63,177 bases of DNA, filler included, from Candidatus Nezhaarchaeota archaeon WYZ-LMO8 (GCA_004347965.1; 4 parts of 4 records of this genome joined end to end with filler, not necessarily neighbours in it); one strand, 5' to 3'. Positions 9,376-18,649 are shown, counted from the first letter of the whole stretch. The notes: generated by a model not told the origin, from the letters alone. Numbers and translations: made by a program.

Positions 9376-9891
9376 TTAATCTGATACTGCAATTACGAAT
9401 GTCCTACTGTCGACTGTAGAGCCGTTAGCCACCACATCAACGTAGATCCTATACTTTATTTCAGCTATACCTGAAGGTATGTTGAAGACTAAGTTAGCAA
9501 CATACTTAACTTCAGAGAGTGGTGGTAGAACACCGAAGTCCCATCGCCAAACTCCTTCGCTTATCTTTACAACATTGAAGCCACTTACCGTCACATACTT
9601 CTCTACTTCACCTTTTATGGAGATGAACACCTTGACCTCAGCGTTATGATTTAAGTTGTTAGAAACTCTAACGATTAAGAGGGCTGGCTCACCGACTTTA
9701 ACACTTGAAGGATTTGTATATGCTTCGAGGACCTTAACACCTCTAAATTCAGGAACTACTTGCTGCTGCTGAGGTGTCAGTGCAGATGCTATTAGAAAAC
9801 TCATTAATGCAATCACCGCTATTGCTACCATGCCAATGAGTAATAGCGCTCTTCTATTATCGTCGAAGGCCCCCATAAACTTACGCCTCAT
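9376..9891 (-). CDS. Membrane-anchored Ig-like (beta-sandwich) protein
   Basis: One N-terminal hydrophobic helix, then a beta-rich domain (NPSSVKVGE...V.V.V.N). Confidence 0.65.
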   Translation of the reverse strand: MRRKFMGAFDDNRRALLLIGMVAIAVIALMSFLIASALTPQQQQVVPEFRGVKVLEAYTNPSSVKVGEPALLIVRVSNNLNHNAEVKVFISIKGEVEKYVTVSGFNVVKISEGVWRWDFGVLPPLSEVKYVANLVFNIPSGIAEIKYRIYVDVVANGSTVDSRTFVIAVSD

Positions 9892-9978
9892 TGTTTGAGG
9901 CTCAGTGGAGTGATAAAATCTTTGGTATTACCAAAAGCTTGAAAAAGCTTAAAACAGTCGTGGAACTAAGCTAAGTGG

Positions 9979-10215
9979 GTGCTTGAAGTAATGGCTAGGG
10001 TGCTATCAAAGTATAAGATTGAGCTTGAGAAGCTGGGACTAGCCCAATTAGATGTCTACAGGTATCCAGGCTATGATGAGGTGAGAGTTAAGACTGCCGA
10101 TGAGGTTATACTCATTAAGTTGCCAAGCCACAGAGAGGCCATGAGCCTTGAAGATTTTAAGGAGTACGTAATGAAGGAAGTTAAGAGGATTAAGGAGGCT
10201 AAAAAGAAAAAGTGA
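9979..10215 (+). CDS. Small conserved hypothetical protein
   Basis: 78-aa basic ORF with strong AAAAGCTTAAAA promoter upstream; ATG 9991 is a likely alternative start. Confidence 0.65.
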   Translation: MLEVMARVLSKYKIELEKLGLAQLDVYRYPGYDEVRVKTADEVILIKLPSHREAMSLEDFKEYVMKEVKRIKEAKKKK

Positions 10216-10254
10216 GCTATGTCTCAACTCCGAAGCTAATTAGAGGTTGGAGGT

Positions 10255-11385
10255 TTGAGGTTTTTAGTAGTCGGCTATGGGAGAGTTGGTAGGGCAGTAG
10301 CATTGGACTTAAAGTCTCGTGGACACCACGTTGAAGCAATTGACGTCGCAGCACGTCACGATGAAATTCTCGACGAGCTTCATGTAATTGATGTATTGAA
10401 AGATGTCTCTAAAGCATCTAAATTAGCAGCAGAATTTGACTGCATATGCAGCTGCTTACCTGGAAAGCTAGGCTACAAGTTTATGGAGAGTTGTGCTGGG
10501 CGAGGTGTGAAGTTAGTTGACGTTTCCTTCATGAGCGAGGACCCCATGCTTTTAGACTCAAAAGCCCGAAAAGAAGGCTCCATAATCATACCTGATTGCG
10601 GAATTGCGCCTGGCTTAAGCAACATGATTGTAGGCTTAAGCACTAGAATGCTTGATTACGTGAACAATGTTGAAATTAGAGTTGGAGGATTGCCATTAAA
10701 CCCAAAGCCTCCTCTTTACCACTCGCTCTCATGGTCAATTGATGACCTGCTAGAGGAGTACACAAGACCTGCTAGGTACGTTGAAAATGGTGTGGTTAAG
10801 ATTTGTGATCCTTTAAGCTTTAGAACCACAATAAGGATTGGGGATTGGGAGCTTGAGGCCTTTCCAACTGATGGTTTGAGGACCCTCCTTCGCATGAAGA
10901 ACAGGCCAAACTCCCTACGAGAACTTACGTTGAGGTGGAAAGGTCACTTAGATGCCATCAGTCTCTTAAGGGCTCTGGGCTTGTTAAGTGAAGAGAAAGT
11001 TGAAATCCAAGGAGTAAGGGTTCCCATTAAAGCGCTCACGGCTAAGATCTTTGAGAAGAACATGAAGAATGGACCTGACATGATAATAATGGAGGTTGAA
11101 GTGCAAGGAGTTAAGAATGGAAATAAAGTTAAAGGTCTTTTAAGGCTCTATGGAACGACATCTAGCAATGATCTAAGCACCATGGCTAGGGTGACTGGTG
11201 CTGTGTGTAGCGAAGTAGCATTACTATTATGCGAGGGTCGAATAGATGGTAGTGGAGTAATTCCTCCTGAGGACCTTGACGATCTCAAACTGATAATTCA
11301 ACAAATACTGGAGAGATTCAAGAGCTTTAAAATTCATCTAGATCTTAAAGGATTAGAGAGCTTAGGCTTAATGCTACATACTTGA
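10255..11385 (+). CDS. Saccharopine dehydrogenase family / lysine 6-dehydrogenase-like
   Basis: Rossmann GYGRVG, DCGIAPGLSN, VGGLP..PKPPL, WS...LLEEY.RPA, LEAFPTDGLRTL. Confidence 0.85.
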   Translation: MRFLVVGYGRVGRAVALDLKSRGHHVEAIDVAARHDEILDELHVIDVLKDVSKASKLAAEFDCICSCLPGKLGYKFMESCAGRGVKLVDVSFMSEDPMLLDSKARKEGSIIIPDCGIAPGLSNMIVGLSTRMLDYVNNVEIRVGGLPLNPKPPLYHSLSWSIDDLLEEYTRPARYVENGVVKICDPLSFRTTIRIGDWELEAFPTDGLRTLLRMKNRPNSLRELTLRWKGHLDAISLLRALGLLSEEKVEIQGVRVPIKALTAKIFEKNMKNGPDMIIMEVEVQGVKNGNKVKGLLRLYGTTSSNDLSTMARVTGAVCSEVALLLCEGRIDGSGVIPPEDLDDLKLIIQQILERFKSFKIHLDLKGLESLGLMLHT

Positions 11386-11447
11386 GATTATTCACTCAAC
11401 ATCATCATGACATGTAAGGTCCTTCTTGATGTTGGTTGGATGTGTTC

Positions 11448-11574
11448 CTACCAGGTTTCTAGTTTGATGCTAACCACGAGGGCTTCATAGCCACTTTAAG
11501 CGCATACCTAAGCAGCTTCATGGCCCATGGTTCCAGCACTTGGTACCTCTACTTTTCGTGTTAATCCTCTTCAT
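11448..11574 (-). pseudogene. Remnant of a 3-hydroxyacyl-CoA dehydrogenase family N-terminus
   Basis: GGAGG RBS and ATG 11574; after a +1 shift it reads KVEVPSAGTMGHEAA*VCA*SGYEALVVSIK, matching the family pattern KVAVIGAGTMGHGIAQVCAQAGYEVVLVDI with two Gln codons turned into stops. Confidence 0.7.
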
Positions 11575-11632
11575 TAACGTGCCTCCATTAAGCCTAGCTA
11601 ACGCATATTGTGATGTCTCCGATCATTCAAGG

Positions 11633-12589
11633 CTAATCATATCGCTTAGGCTCTTTGGGTAGTCCAAGCATTTCTCTAGCTTCCTCCGGAGTTGCTATAG
11701 GCCTTCCAACCTCATTTGCTATCCTCACTACTCGCTCAACTAATTGAGCATTGCTCTTCGCCAATTCTCCCCTACGATAGAATATGTTGTCTTCGAGGCC
11801 CACTCTAACATGAAGACCCATGACTATGGCTATAGTTGCTAGATAAGTTTGAAATGGACCTATTCCAACTACGAACGGAAAGCTGCTTGGAGGTAGGTGC
11901 TCTACCATGTTTATCAGGTTCTTGTAGTGAGGTAGCTCCCCGCCAGGTACTCCAAGCACTAGCTGAATAATGTATGGCTCTTTAGCTAAGCTGTTTTCGA
12001 TGAGGTGGTATATGACGTGGAAATGACCTTGCTGGTAAACTTCAAATTCAGGCTTCACGTTCCTCTCCAACATCCTCTTAGCTAATACCTCTGCCTCGTT
12101 CCAAGTGAAGTTCGGAGGCCACGTTAAATCGACGTGAGTGTCTTGCATTCTTACCGGTTCTCTCTTTCTCAGCACGGTTCTCCAAGCAACTGGCCCAACG
12201 TTGAGAGAAGCTATTTCAGGATCGGCCTCAAGCACTTTAAGCCTCTCTTCGAGAGAGGTGAATAGGCCTATTCCAGTTGAGTTATTAATTATTATGTCGG
12301 GGCATAACTCCCTCACCTTCTTATTTACAAGCCTTATTTGAGCAGGATTAGCCGTTGGGGTTGCATAGTTTGTCTTTGGATCCCTCACGTGAATGTGTAC
12401 TATCGATGCCCCAGCCTTATACGCTTCATAAGCCTGCTGAGCTTGTTCTTCAGGGCCCTCAGGAAGATATGGATTAACCTCCTTGCCCTGTAATCCTCCA
12501 GTTATTGCAACTGTTATTATCAGGGGTGGTAATTCTCCTCTTCGTATTCTCCTAATCCACTCGTTCATATCGTTGTAATCCCAAGACAT
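11633..12589 (-). CDS. Beta-keto acid cleavage enzyme (BKACE/DUF849, Kce-like)
   Basis: IITVAITG, AGASIVHIHVRD metal motif, STG, HVRVGLEDN, SNAQLVER, ATPEEAREML. Confidence 0.92.
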   Translation of the reverse strand: MSWDYNDMNEWIRRIRRGELPPLIITVAITGGLQGKEVNPYLPEGPEEQAQQAYEAYKAGASIVHIHVRDPKTNYATPTANPAQIRLVNKKVRELCPDIIINNSTGIGLFTSLEERLKVLEADPEIASLNVGPVAWRTVLRKREPVRMQDTHVDLTWPPNFTWNEAEVLAKRMLERNVKPEFEVYQQGHFHVIYHLIENSLAKEPYIIQLVLGVPGGELPHYKNLINMVEHLPPSSFPFVVGIGPFQTYLATIAIVMGLHVRVGLEDNIFYRRGELAKSNAQLVERVVRIANEVGRPIATPEEAREMLGLPKEPKRYD

Positions 12590-13185
12590 TAAGGCTCACC
12601 ATAGTATGCAGTGAACCCTGAAACTTTAACTCTTTCCAAGAACTTTAAATAGTTCTAAGTGACTCCGTAATTCCTTAAATTATTCAATGAAGGATGCGAA
12701 TTACCATCGCTTGATGGACTTGTAGAGTTTCCTTTAAGCCTACGATCCTTAGTAAGCAGCATGTCTTCACCACGTGCCTAATAAGAAAACCTTTAAGTCC
12801 ATTTGACTCAAAAGACCTCCTTAACCTTCATCTACTGCTTCTAAGGCTCTTACACTCCATGAAGAAAGCTCGTCTCAATGATGTCGTTAACCTTTAGGTT
12901 GGTTATGAGGAAGGTCGCCTATAATTCTCCTTCTCATCATACTCCATACTATAGCTTTAAGGGATTCTATTGCCTTCAATAGAAGTGGATGACTTAAATT
13001 AGCCTCTCGTATTCTTAACTCTCTACATCTCTTAATGAAAGTACGTGTAAATCGCTGATCTACATACGTTTAATGTTTTTAGTGGATTGAGGCCATGATT
13101 AGGTTTATTAAGTCCTGAACCTTGTGAGGCTCAATAGAGATAAAGAAGCTAAATTAAAATAGTGATAGCCCACAAAGATTATTTG

Positions 13186-14385
13186 ATGTCCGTGAAGGTA
13201 CTAGTTCTAGGTGGAGCTGGTCACATAGGTTCAAAAATTGTATTAGAACTTCGAAACCTTGATCCAAGCATGAAGATAGTCATTGGTGATAAGAACGTTG
13301 AGAGGGCTCAAAGCGTAGCAAGCGAAGTTGGGGGCGATGTTGAGGTACTAGTTATTGATGCTGTAGCTGAGGATTCACTGATAGATGCTATGAAGAGGTT
13401 TGACGTTATCGTCAGTGCTTTAGGACCTTTCTATAGATTTGGTGTTCCCGTTTTAAGAGCTGCTATAAGGGCTGGCGTCAACTTCGTAGATATAAATGAT
13501 GATTACGACGCTACGGAAGAGGCTCTTAAACTACATGAAGAGGCTCAGAGAAAAGGTGTTGTCGCGTTAATCGGGCTTGGAGCGACACCTGGAATAACTA
13601 ACATGCTTGCTTATCAGGGGGCTCGAATACTCGATGAAGTTCACGAAATCGGAACTTACTGGGTTTGGACTGCCTTAGATCCAACGATGGGGCCTGCGAT
13701 CATAGACCACTTCTTTCACGCAATAACTGGCATGGTCGTCACGTACAAGGATAATAAGTGGATCAAGATCCCAGCTCTTTGCGAGCCGGAACGCTTTAAG
13801 TTTCCGAGCCCAATAGGGGCATGGGAGGTTGCGCACGTAGGTCATCCAGAACCAGTTACAATACCTCGATACATAAAAGTTAAGAATGTGTACAACAAAG
13901 GAGGGGTCTGGCCCTCAGAATTGAACGAAGTAGCGAAGGTGTTTTCTAAGCTGGGTCTCACAAGCTTTGAGGAAGTTAGGGTGAAGGATCAGGCCTTTAA
14001 GGCAAGAGAAGTCGCTGTGGCCATAGCCATATCGTTACCCAAACTAATGCCCCCAGAAGAAATAGAGAGGATGGTTGCACCACTCTACGAGAAGATGGGA
14101 GACTATGTACTAACGGGCGTAGGTCTAGCGACGGTTGTTAAAGGATTTAAGGATGAGAAGGGGTTTACTATTAAGTACGGTATTGCATGTAAGGATTCTG
14201 CTCGACTTACTGCACTACCTGTAGCTCTAGCTACGCTAGAACTTGCAACGAAGAGGGATATTAAGGCTGGTGTCTATCCACCTGAAGCTGGAGTAATCAA
14301 TGTGGATAGGATCATAGAGAGCATCAAAAAATTGGTCACAATAGAGTTTGTTGAGGAGAGAGTAGAAAACGCTGTAACAATATGA
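13186..14385 (+). CDS. Saccharopine dehydrogenase family oxidoreductase
   Basis: VLGGAGHIG, GPFYRFG, DINDD, GLGATPGITN, GHPEP; start moved to ATG 13186. Confidence 0.85.
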   Translation: MSVKVLVLGGAGHIGSKIVLELRNLDPSMKIVIGDKNVERAQSVASEVGGDVEVLVIDAVAEDSLIDAMKRFDVIVSALGPFYRFGVPVLRAAIRAGVNFVDINDDYDATEEALKLHEEAQRKGVVALIGLGATPGITNMLAYQGARILDEVHEIGTYWVWTALDPTMGPAIIDHFFHAITGMVVTYKDNKWIKIPALCEPERFKFPSPIGAWEVAHVGHPEPVTIPRYIKVKNVYNKGGVWPSELNEVAKVFSKLGLTSFEEVRVKDQAFKAREVAVAIAISLPKLMPPEEIERMVAPLYEKMGDYVLTGVGLATVVKGFKDEKGFTIKYGIACKDSARLTALPVALATLELATKRDIKAGVYPPEAGVINVDRIIESIKKLVTIEFVEERVENAVTI

Positions 14386-14508
14386 GCTTAGAGCTTAGAC
14401 AGCTTTTCACAGCTTGATGATTAAACGTTCGCCCTACCATCAACACCTCGCGCTAAGATTAAAACGAGAAGCTAAGCACATCTTTAACTTGAATTGTTGT
14501 TTGAAAAT

Positions 14509-14775
14509 TTAAGGCTGTGAAGCCATTGCCTCTTCTATTGCTTTCTTAAGCTCGTTCTTGCTCGGAACCCTTCCTGAAAAGACAAGTTTATCGTTTACCA
14601 CGATGGATGGCGTGATGAAGACTCCGTATCTGTCAGCTTCCTCTGAAAGAGCTGATAGCTTAACTACCTTAACCTTGCCGCTAAACTCCTCAGCTACCTC
14701 CTTAGCAACCTTCTCAGTAGCTTTACATTTAGCGCAGGGAGGTTCAGTTCCAAAGATCTTAACTATTACTTCCAT
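14509..14775 (-). CDS. Small thioredoxin-family redox-active disulfide protein
   Basis: PPCAKC, YGVFITPSIVVND, GRVPS; real start MEVIV at 14775 (ORF-track extension overlaps arsR). Confidence 0.88.
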   Translation of the reverse strand: MEVIVKIFGTEPPCAKCKATEKVAKEVAEEFSGKVKVVKLSALSEEADRYGVFITPSIVVNDKLVFSGRVPSKNELKKAIEEAMASQP

Positions 14776-14794
14776 AAAATACCACATCCTATAT

Positions 14795-14810
14795 ATTACG
14801 ATATGTCGAT
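14795..14810. promoter_or_regulatory. Putative ArsR operator, copy 1
   Basis: ATTACGATATGTCGAT, imperfect match to ATCG-N2-ATAT-N2-CGAT, in the divergent trx/arsR promoter. Confidence 0.6.
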
Positions 14811-14890
14811 ATATAAATTTATTCATCAAAGACGACTCACGATATAAATCGACAAATTTAAATGCTGATAAGCAATCCATATCATAAGCC

Positions 14891-15238
14891 ATGAGTAAGA
14901 TAAGTAAGGAACTTTTAATTGACCGGAAAGTTAAGGTGTTCAAGGCTTTAGCTAACCCCACGAGGTTGCAGATAATAGACTCCTTAAAAGATGGAGAGAG
15001 GTGTGTCTGCGAGATAATTCCAGCAATAGGTAAGGCTCAGTCAACAACCTCTAAGCACCTTGACATGCTATACGATGCTGGAATATTGGATAGAAGAATG
15101 GATGGGAGGAGGACTCTCTACCGTATTAGGAATCCCAAGGTGCTCGACATTATTAAAGCCATTGAATTAATGGTACTCGAAGATGTTATAGCACTAGTCA
15201 AGGCCCTTGAATCCTTAAAGGACACCAAAAACCAATGA
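14891..15238 (+). CDS. arsR: ArsR/SmtB family repressor
   Basis: FKALANPTRLQI, CVCE alpha3 metal-binding motif, QSTTSKHL helix-turn-helix. Confidence 0.92.
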   Translation: MSKISKELLIDRKVKVFKALANPTRLQIIDSLKDGERCVCEIIPAIGKAQSTTSKHLDMLYDAGILDRRMDGRRTLYRIRNPKVLDIIKAIELMVLEDVIALVKALESLKDTKNQ

Positions 15239-15310
15239 CAACTCTATGTCTAATTTAATAGACAACTTATCGGTAAAACGGTTTTGACGTATAGATTCAT
15301 TTAGCGCAAT

Positions 15311-15326
15311 ATCGAGATATAGCGAT
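15311..15326. promoter_or_regulatory. Putative ArsR operator, copy 2
   Basis: ATCGAGATATAGCGAT palindrome upstream of the permease. Confidence 0.7.
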
Positions 15327-15371
15327 ACATTTTTATCTCAGAAACACTTTATTCTCGACTGCTGAGGGACC

Positions 15372-16490
15372 TTGGATTTAAGCCAAGTGCTTGCGTTAAT
15401 GGAGGCTGGCCTCGATTCTCTAATAGATTACATAGCCTATCACGTGGTTACGTGTCTTATCCCAGCATTCCTGCTAGCTGGAGCAATGAGCGTGTTCCTA
15501 TCGCGCGACGCTATCATCAGATATTTGGGGTTAGAGTCTCGAAAGATCATCTCCTTCCCTCTAGCAGCTGTCTCAAGCTTGGGGTTGGCTGTATGCTCGT
15601 GCACCGTGATTCCAATAGCTGCAGGTCTCTATAAGCGTGGAAGCAGCATAGGACCCGCCTTCATATTCCTATGGGTGGCGCCTGCAGCTAATATTTTGGC
15701 TCTAACTTATACTGGAGCTATACTTGGAGTTGACATGGCTGGAGCAAGGATCGCTACAGCCTTCGCTACAGCCTTCTTAGTCGGGCTTGCGATGACGGTT
15801 ATCTTTAGGAATGATGAGGCGTCGAGATTGAAGAAAATGAGGTTAGAGCGTGTTGCTACGACGAGCATTACCATTGGAGGCGTAAAGGGTATCGTGCTAA
15901 TAGTCCTGCTCGTAGTCACTCTTCTAATGCCAAACTACTTGGGCGCAGTACTACCTAGCTACCTGAACATTAACTCAGGTGAAGATAAGCTATTGATCTA
16001 TGGCTATAAGCTCTTAATATTTGCAGTACTGTTTGCGATAACCATGAGTTACGCGCTTAAGTTTATCGAGAGGGACCATGTAGGTGTGTGGATGCACGAA
16101 ACTCTATGGTTCGTGAGAATGATATTCCCACTTCTATTAGTTGGAGTATTCGTAATAGGCGTGGTAAGCAAGTTATTGCCGGAACCCTGGATTAGGGAGT
16201 GGCTTGGAGGAAACGGCTTATTGCAGACGTTCATCGCATGCATTATAGGGGCTCTAAGTTACTTCGCGACCTTAACAGAGGCTCCCTTCGTCAGTATGTT
16301 AATGAGTTTGGGGATGGGTAAAGGCCCAGCACTCGCACTCCTCTTAACAGGACCGGGCATGAGCTTACCAAACATGCTGGCAATTATTAGGATCTTTACA
16401 GTAAGGAAGGCCGTGGCATACATTCTAGTAACAATTGTCATCGCCACCTTAGCGTCGTTCATCGTTGGCAACACCATATGGAGTCTCTAA
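15372..16490 (+). CDS. ArsP/DUF318 family permease
   Basis: HV.TCLIPAF..AG, AVCSCTVIP, GPA..FL...PA.N, YFATLTE.P, GPALALLL.GP..SLP. Confidence 0.9.
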   Translation: MDLSQVLALMEAGLDSLIDYIAYHVVTCLIPAFLLAGAMSVFLSRDAIIRYLGLESRKIISFPLAAVSSLGLAVCSCTVIPIAAGLYKRGSSIGPAFIFLWVAPAANILALTYTGAILGVDMAGARIATAFATAFLVGLAMTVIFRNDEASRLKKMRLERVATTSITIGGVKGIVLIVLLVVTLLMPNYLGAVLPSYLNINSGEDKLLIYGYKLLIFAVLFAITMSYALKFIERDHVGVWMHETLWFVRMIFPLLLVGVFVIGVVSKLLPEPWIREWLGGNGLLQTFIACIIGALSYFATLTEAPFVSMLMSLGMGKGPALALLLTGPGMSLPNMLAIIRIFTVRKAVAYILVTIVIATLASFIVGNTIWSL

Positions 16491-16561
16491 CTGGATTTAA
16501 TGGTCTAAAATCTATCAAGGACAAGTTGGAAGCAGAAGCCTTAAATAGTTCTTATCGAAAA

Positions 16562-16577
16562 ATCGTAATATAGCGAT
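16562..16577. promoter_or_regulatory. Putative ArsR operator, copy 3
   Basis: ATCGTAATATAGCGAT, between the CTTAAATA TATA box and the RBS of the thioredoxin pair. Confidence 0.7.
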
Positions 16578-16590
16578 ATAAGGTGGAAGA

Positions 16591-16851
16591 ATGAAGGTTA
16601 AAGTTGAGTTCTTTACGGCTGAGCCTCCATGCGCTGGCTGCGTAAAGCTTCTAGAGTACGCCGACATCATCAAGGAGAAGTATGGAGACAAGGTAGAGGT
16701 AATAAAGCGTACAGGTCCATGCGAGGAGTTCAATAACTACGGTTTAACGGTTGTACCAGCAGTGGTCTTCAACGAGGGAAAAATAAAGATCATGGGAGTC
16801 TGTCCAAGCCTAAAAACTATAGAGATAGCCTTGAAGGAATTGGGGGTATAG
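16591..16851 (+). CDS. Thioredoxin-like protein (CAGC)
   Basis: PPCAGC, YGLTVVPAVV, extra Cys in GPC and GVCPS. Confidence 0.85.
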   Translation: MKVKVEFFTAEPPCAGCVKLLEYADIIKEKYGDKVEVIKRTGPCEEFNNYGLTVVPAVVFNEGKIKIMGVCPSLKTIEIALKELGV

Positions 16852-16855
16852 AAGT

Positions 16856-17119
16856 TTGAAGGTTAAGGTCGAGGTCTTCACGTCAGAACCTCCGTGCTCT
16901 GGTGGAAGATTGCTACTGAAGCTGATAGAGAAAATAAAGGAAGAGTACAAGGATAAGATAGACGTCGAGATTTATCGAGGTCCAAATCCAAAGCTCAGCG
17001 AGTACGGCATAAGCAGTAGTCCAGCGATAGTGATAGACAAGGATATTCGCATAATAGGTGTCTGCCCAAGCGAAGAGACTTTGAGGGAAGCTTTGAGGGA
17101 AGCTGGCGTCATTCCTTGA
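16856..17119 (+). CDS. Thioredoxin-like protein lacking the resolving Cys (CSGG)
   Basis: Paralog of the preceding gene; PPCSGG and GVCPS. Confidence 0.82.
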   Translation: MKVKVEVFTSEPPCSGGRLLLKLIEKIKEEYKDKIDVEIYRGPNPKLSEYGISSSPAIVIDKDIRIIGVCPSEETLREALREAGVIP

Positions 17120-17540
17120 CTTCATCAATGGAGAGCAATAGATCCCATAGTCCTCTTTCTTCACGATAAAGTAGAGGGATGAGGATTACTAGACTCCTTT
17201 ATCGCTTCCCGAGCTTCAATAGCTCAAAAGCTACGGAAAGCAAGAAACATCTATTGATGTTCGTGATGCTGGCATAAGATAGTGTTCTTACTAAGATTTA
17301 CTTGACGTTAATGACCAACCTCATTATTAAGGTCATGTGAAGTTACGAGTTAAAGCCTCTGCTAGTGCAGTAAAGCCTTTTAACGGGACGTTACAAAACC
17401 TACTTTCAAAGAAACTTTAATAGTTAAAAGAAAAATTGAAAGAACGTTTTTAAGCAGGATTGTATCCTTAATCATCAAGTCATAATCGATGTTGTACAAA
17501 ATTGTTTATGAGGTTGCCCCTTCCATAAAATTGAAGATCT

Positions 17541-18254
17541 ATGAGTAGTTCGATAAAGGCAGTTGCTTACTCAAGGACGTCTACCGACATGCAGACAACG
17601 GAGCAGCAAATAAATGCTATTAGAGACTATGCTGCTAAAAGTGGAATAGAGATAGTAGAGTGGTTTAGTGATCCCGACGTTTCAGGAGCTATACCGGCTC
17701 TCGAACGTGATGGATTTAAGAGGCTTCTTAACTTCATAGAACAAAATAAGATATCTACAATCATAGTCTATGCAATAGATAGGCTCGGCAGGAGCTTCAT
17801 GGACATATTTAAGACGTTGAGCGAGCTTGACAAGAAGGAGATAACAGTTGTAAGCGTGAGAGACAGCTTCCTCCAAACCCTCGACCCCAACATTAGGAGA
17901 CTTGTGCTAGCGGTCTTGGCTTGGGCCTCAGAATACGAGGTCAAGCTGACTAGAGAGAGAGTAAGACTAGCCATGAGGAGAAGAGAGGTTCAAGAGAAGC
18001 TAGAGAAAGTGAGAAAGGTTACCAAGATATACGATGAGACCAGACAGTTGATAAAGAGCCTCTATGCTCAAGGTTGGAGCTTGAGGAGGATAGCTAAGAC
18101 CGTTAACTTAAGTCTCTACGCTGTACGCAAGGTCTTAATGCAAGATGGAGTCATAGAGCCTGGGAGGTATAGCTGCCCTCGATGCGGTCACAAGCTTAGC
18201 TGGGACGACATAGAGAACACGTACAAGTGTAGAGCCTGCGGCTACAAGAGCTAA
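17541..18254 (+). CDS. Serine recombinase (resolvase/invertase type) with C-terminal HTH and Zn ribbon
   Basis: AVAYSRTST..Q...Q, D.DVSG....R.GF, IDRLGRS, helix E (E......ERV), GWSLRRIA HTH, CPRC...CRAC. Confidence 0.88.
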   Translation: MSSSIKAVAYSRTSTDMQTTEQQINAIRDYAAKSGIEIVEWFSDPDVSGAIPALERDGFKRLLNFIEQNKISTIIVYAIDRLGRSFMDIFKTLSELDKKEITVVSVRDSFLQTLDPNIRRLVLAVLAWASEYEVKLTRERVRLAMRRREVQEKLEKVRKVTKIYDETRQLIKSLYAQGWSLRRIAKTVNLSLYAVRKVLMQDGVIEPGRYSCPRCGHKLSWDDIENTYKCRACGYKS

Positions 18255-18283
18255 CCTTCGCTAACAATAAAAAAGGAGAGTGT

Positions 18284-18514
18284 TTAGTGAATTGCCACCA
18301 TAGTTAAGGTCTTCTCCACTCCTTCAATCTCGTGTATCTTGCTGACTATCTTCTTTATGTCAGCCATGGGCTCCTCGCTCTTGAAGCAAGCTACAACATC
18401 ATAAGGTCCTGTGACCGCATAAGCCGACTTAACCTTCTCTATCTTAGCGACCTTCTCAGCTACCTCAAAAGCCTTACCGGGTTTCGTATTTATTAAGATG
18501 AAGATGACATGCAT
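18284..18514 (-). CDS. Stand-alone Lrp/AsnC ligand-binding domain protein
   Basis: FILINTKPGK...VA..........AYAVTGPYDVV...I.GVEKTLT. Confidence 0.88.
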   Translation of the reverse strand: MHVIFILINTKPGKAFEVAEKVAKIEKVKSAYAVTGPYDVVACFKSEEPMADIKKIVSKIHEIEGVEKTLTMVAIH

Positions 18515-18649
18515 AATCTCGTGACCTGTAAGATATGTTAAGCTTCAAGCTTAAAAGCTATCCTCTTACGTGAATTGCTCGAGCTCGATCTGAAGAGTGA
18601 AGTTATTCTCTGAGCTTGCATCATAAAGAGTAGGGATCGGTGAACTATC

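Noticed and set aside
12590..13185. Long spacer with broken minus-strand reading frames
   Set aside because: No recognisable family motif, so it cannot be called a pseudogene
14392..14482. Possible H/ACA-like hairpin ending CTAAGC-ACA
   Set aside because: Pairing is patchy and no K-turn or pseudouridylation pocket can be defined
14509..17119. Selenocysteine in the thioredoxin-like proteins
   Set aside because: No in-frame TGA at the redox motifs; CSGG is encoded TGC TCT GGT GGA
17541..18254. IS607-type transposon
   Set aside because: HTH is C-terminal rather than N-terminal, there is no tnpB, and no element ends are visible
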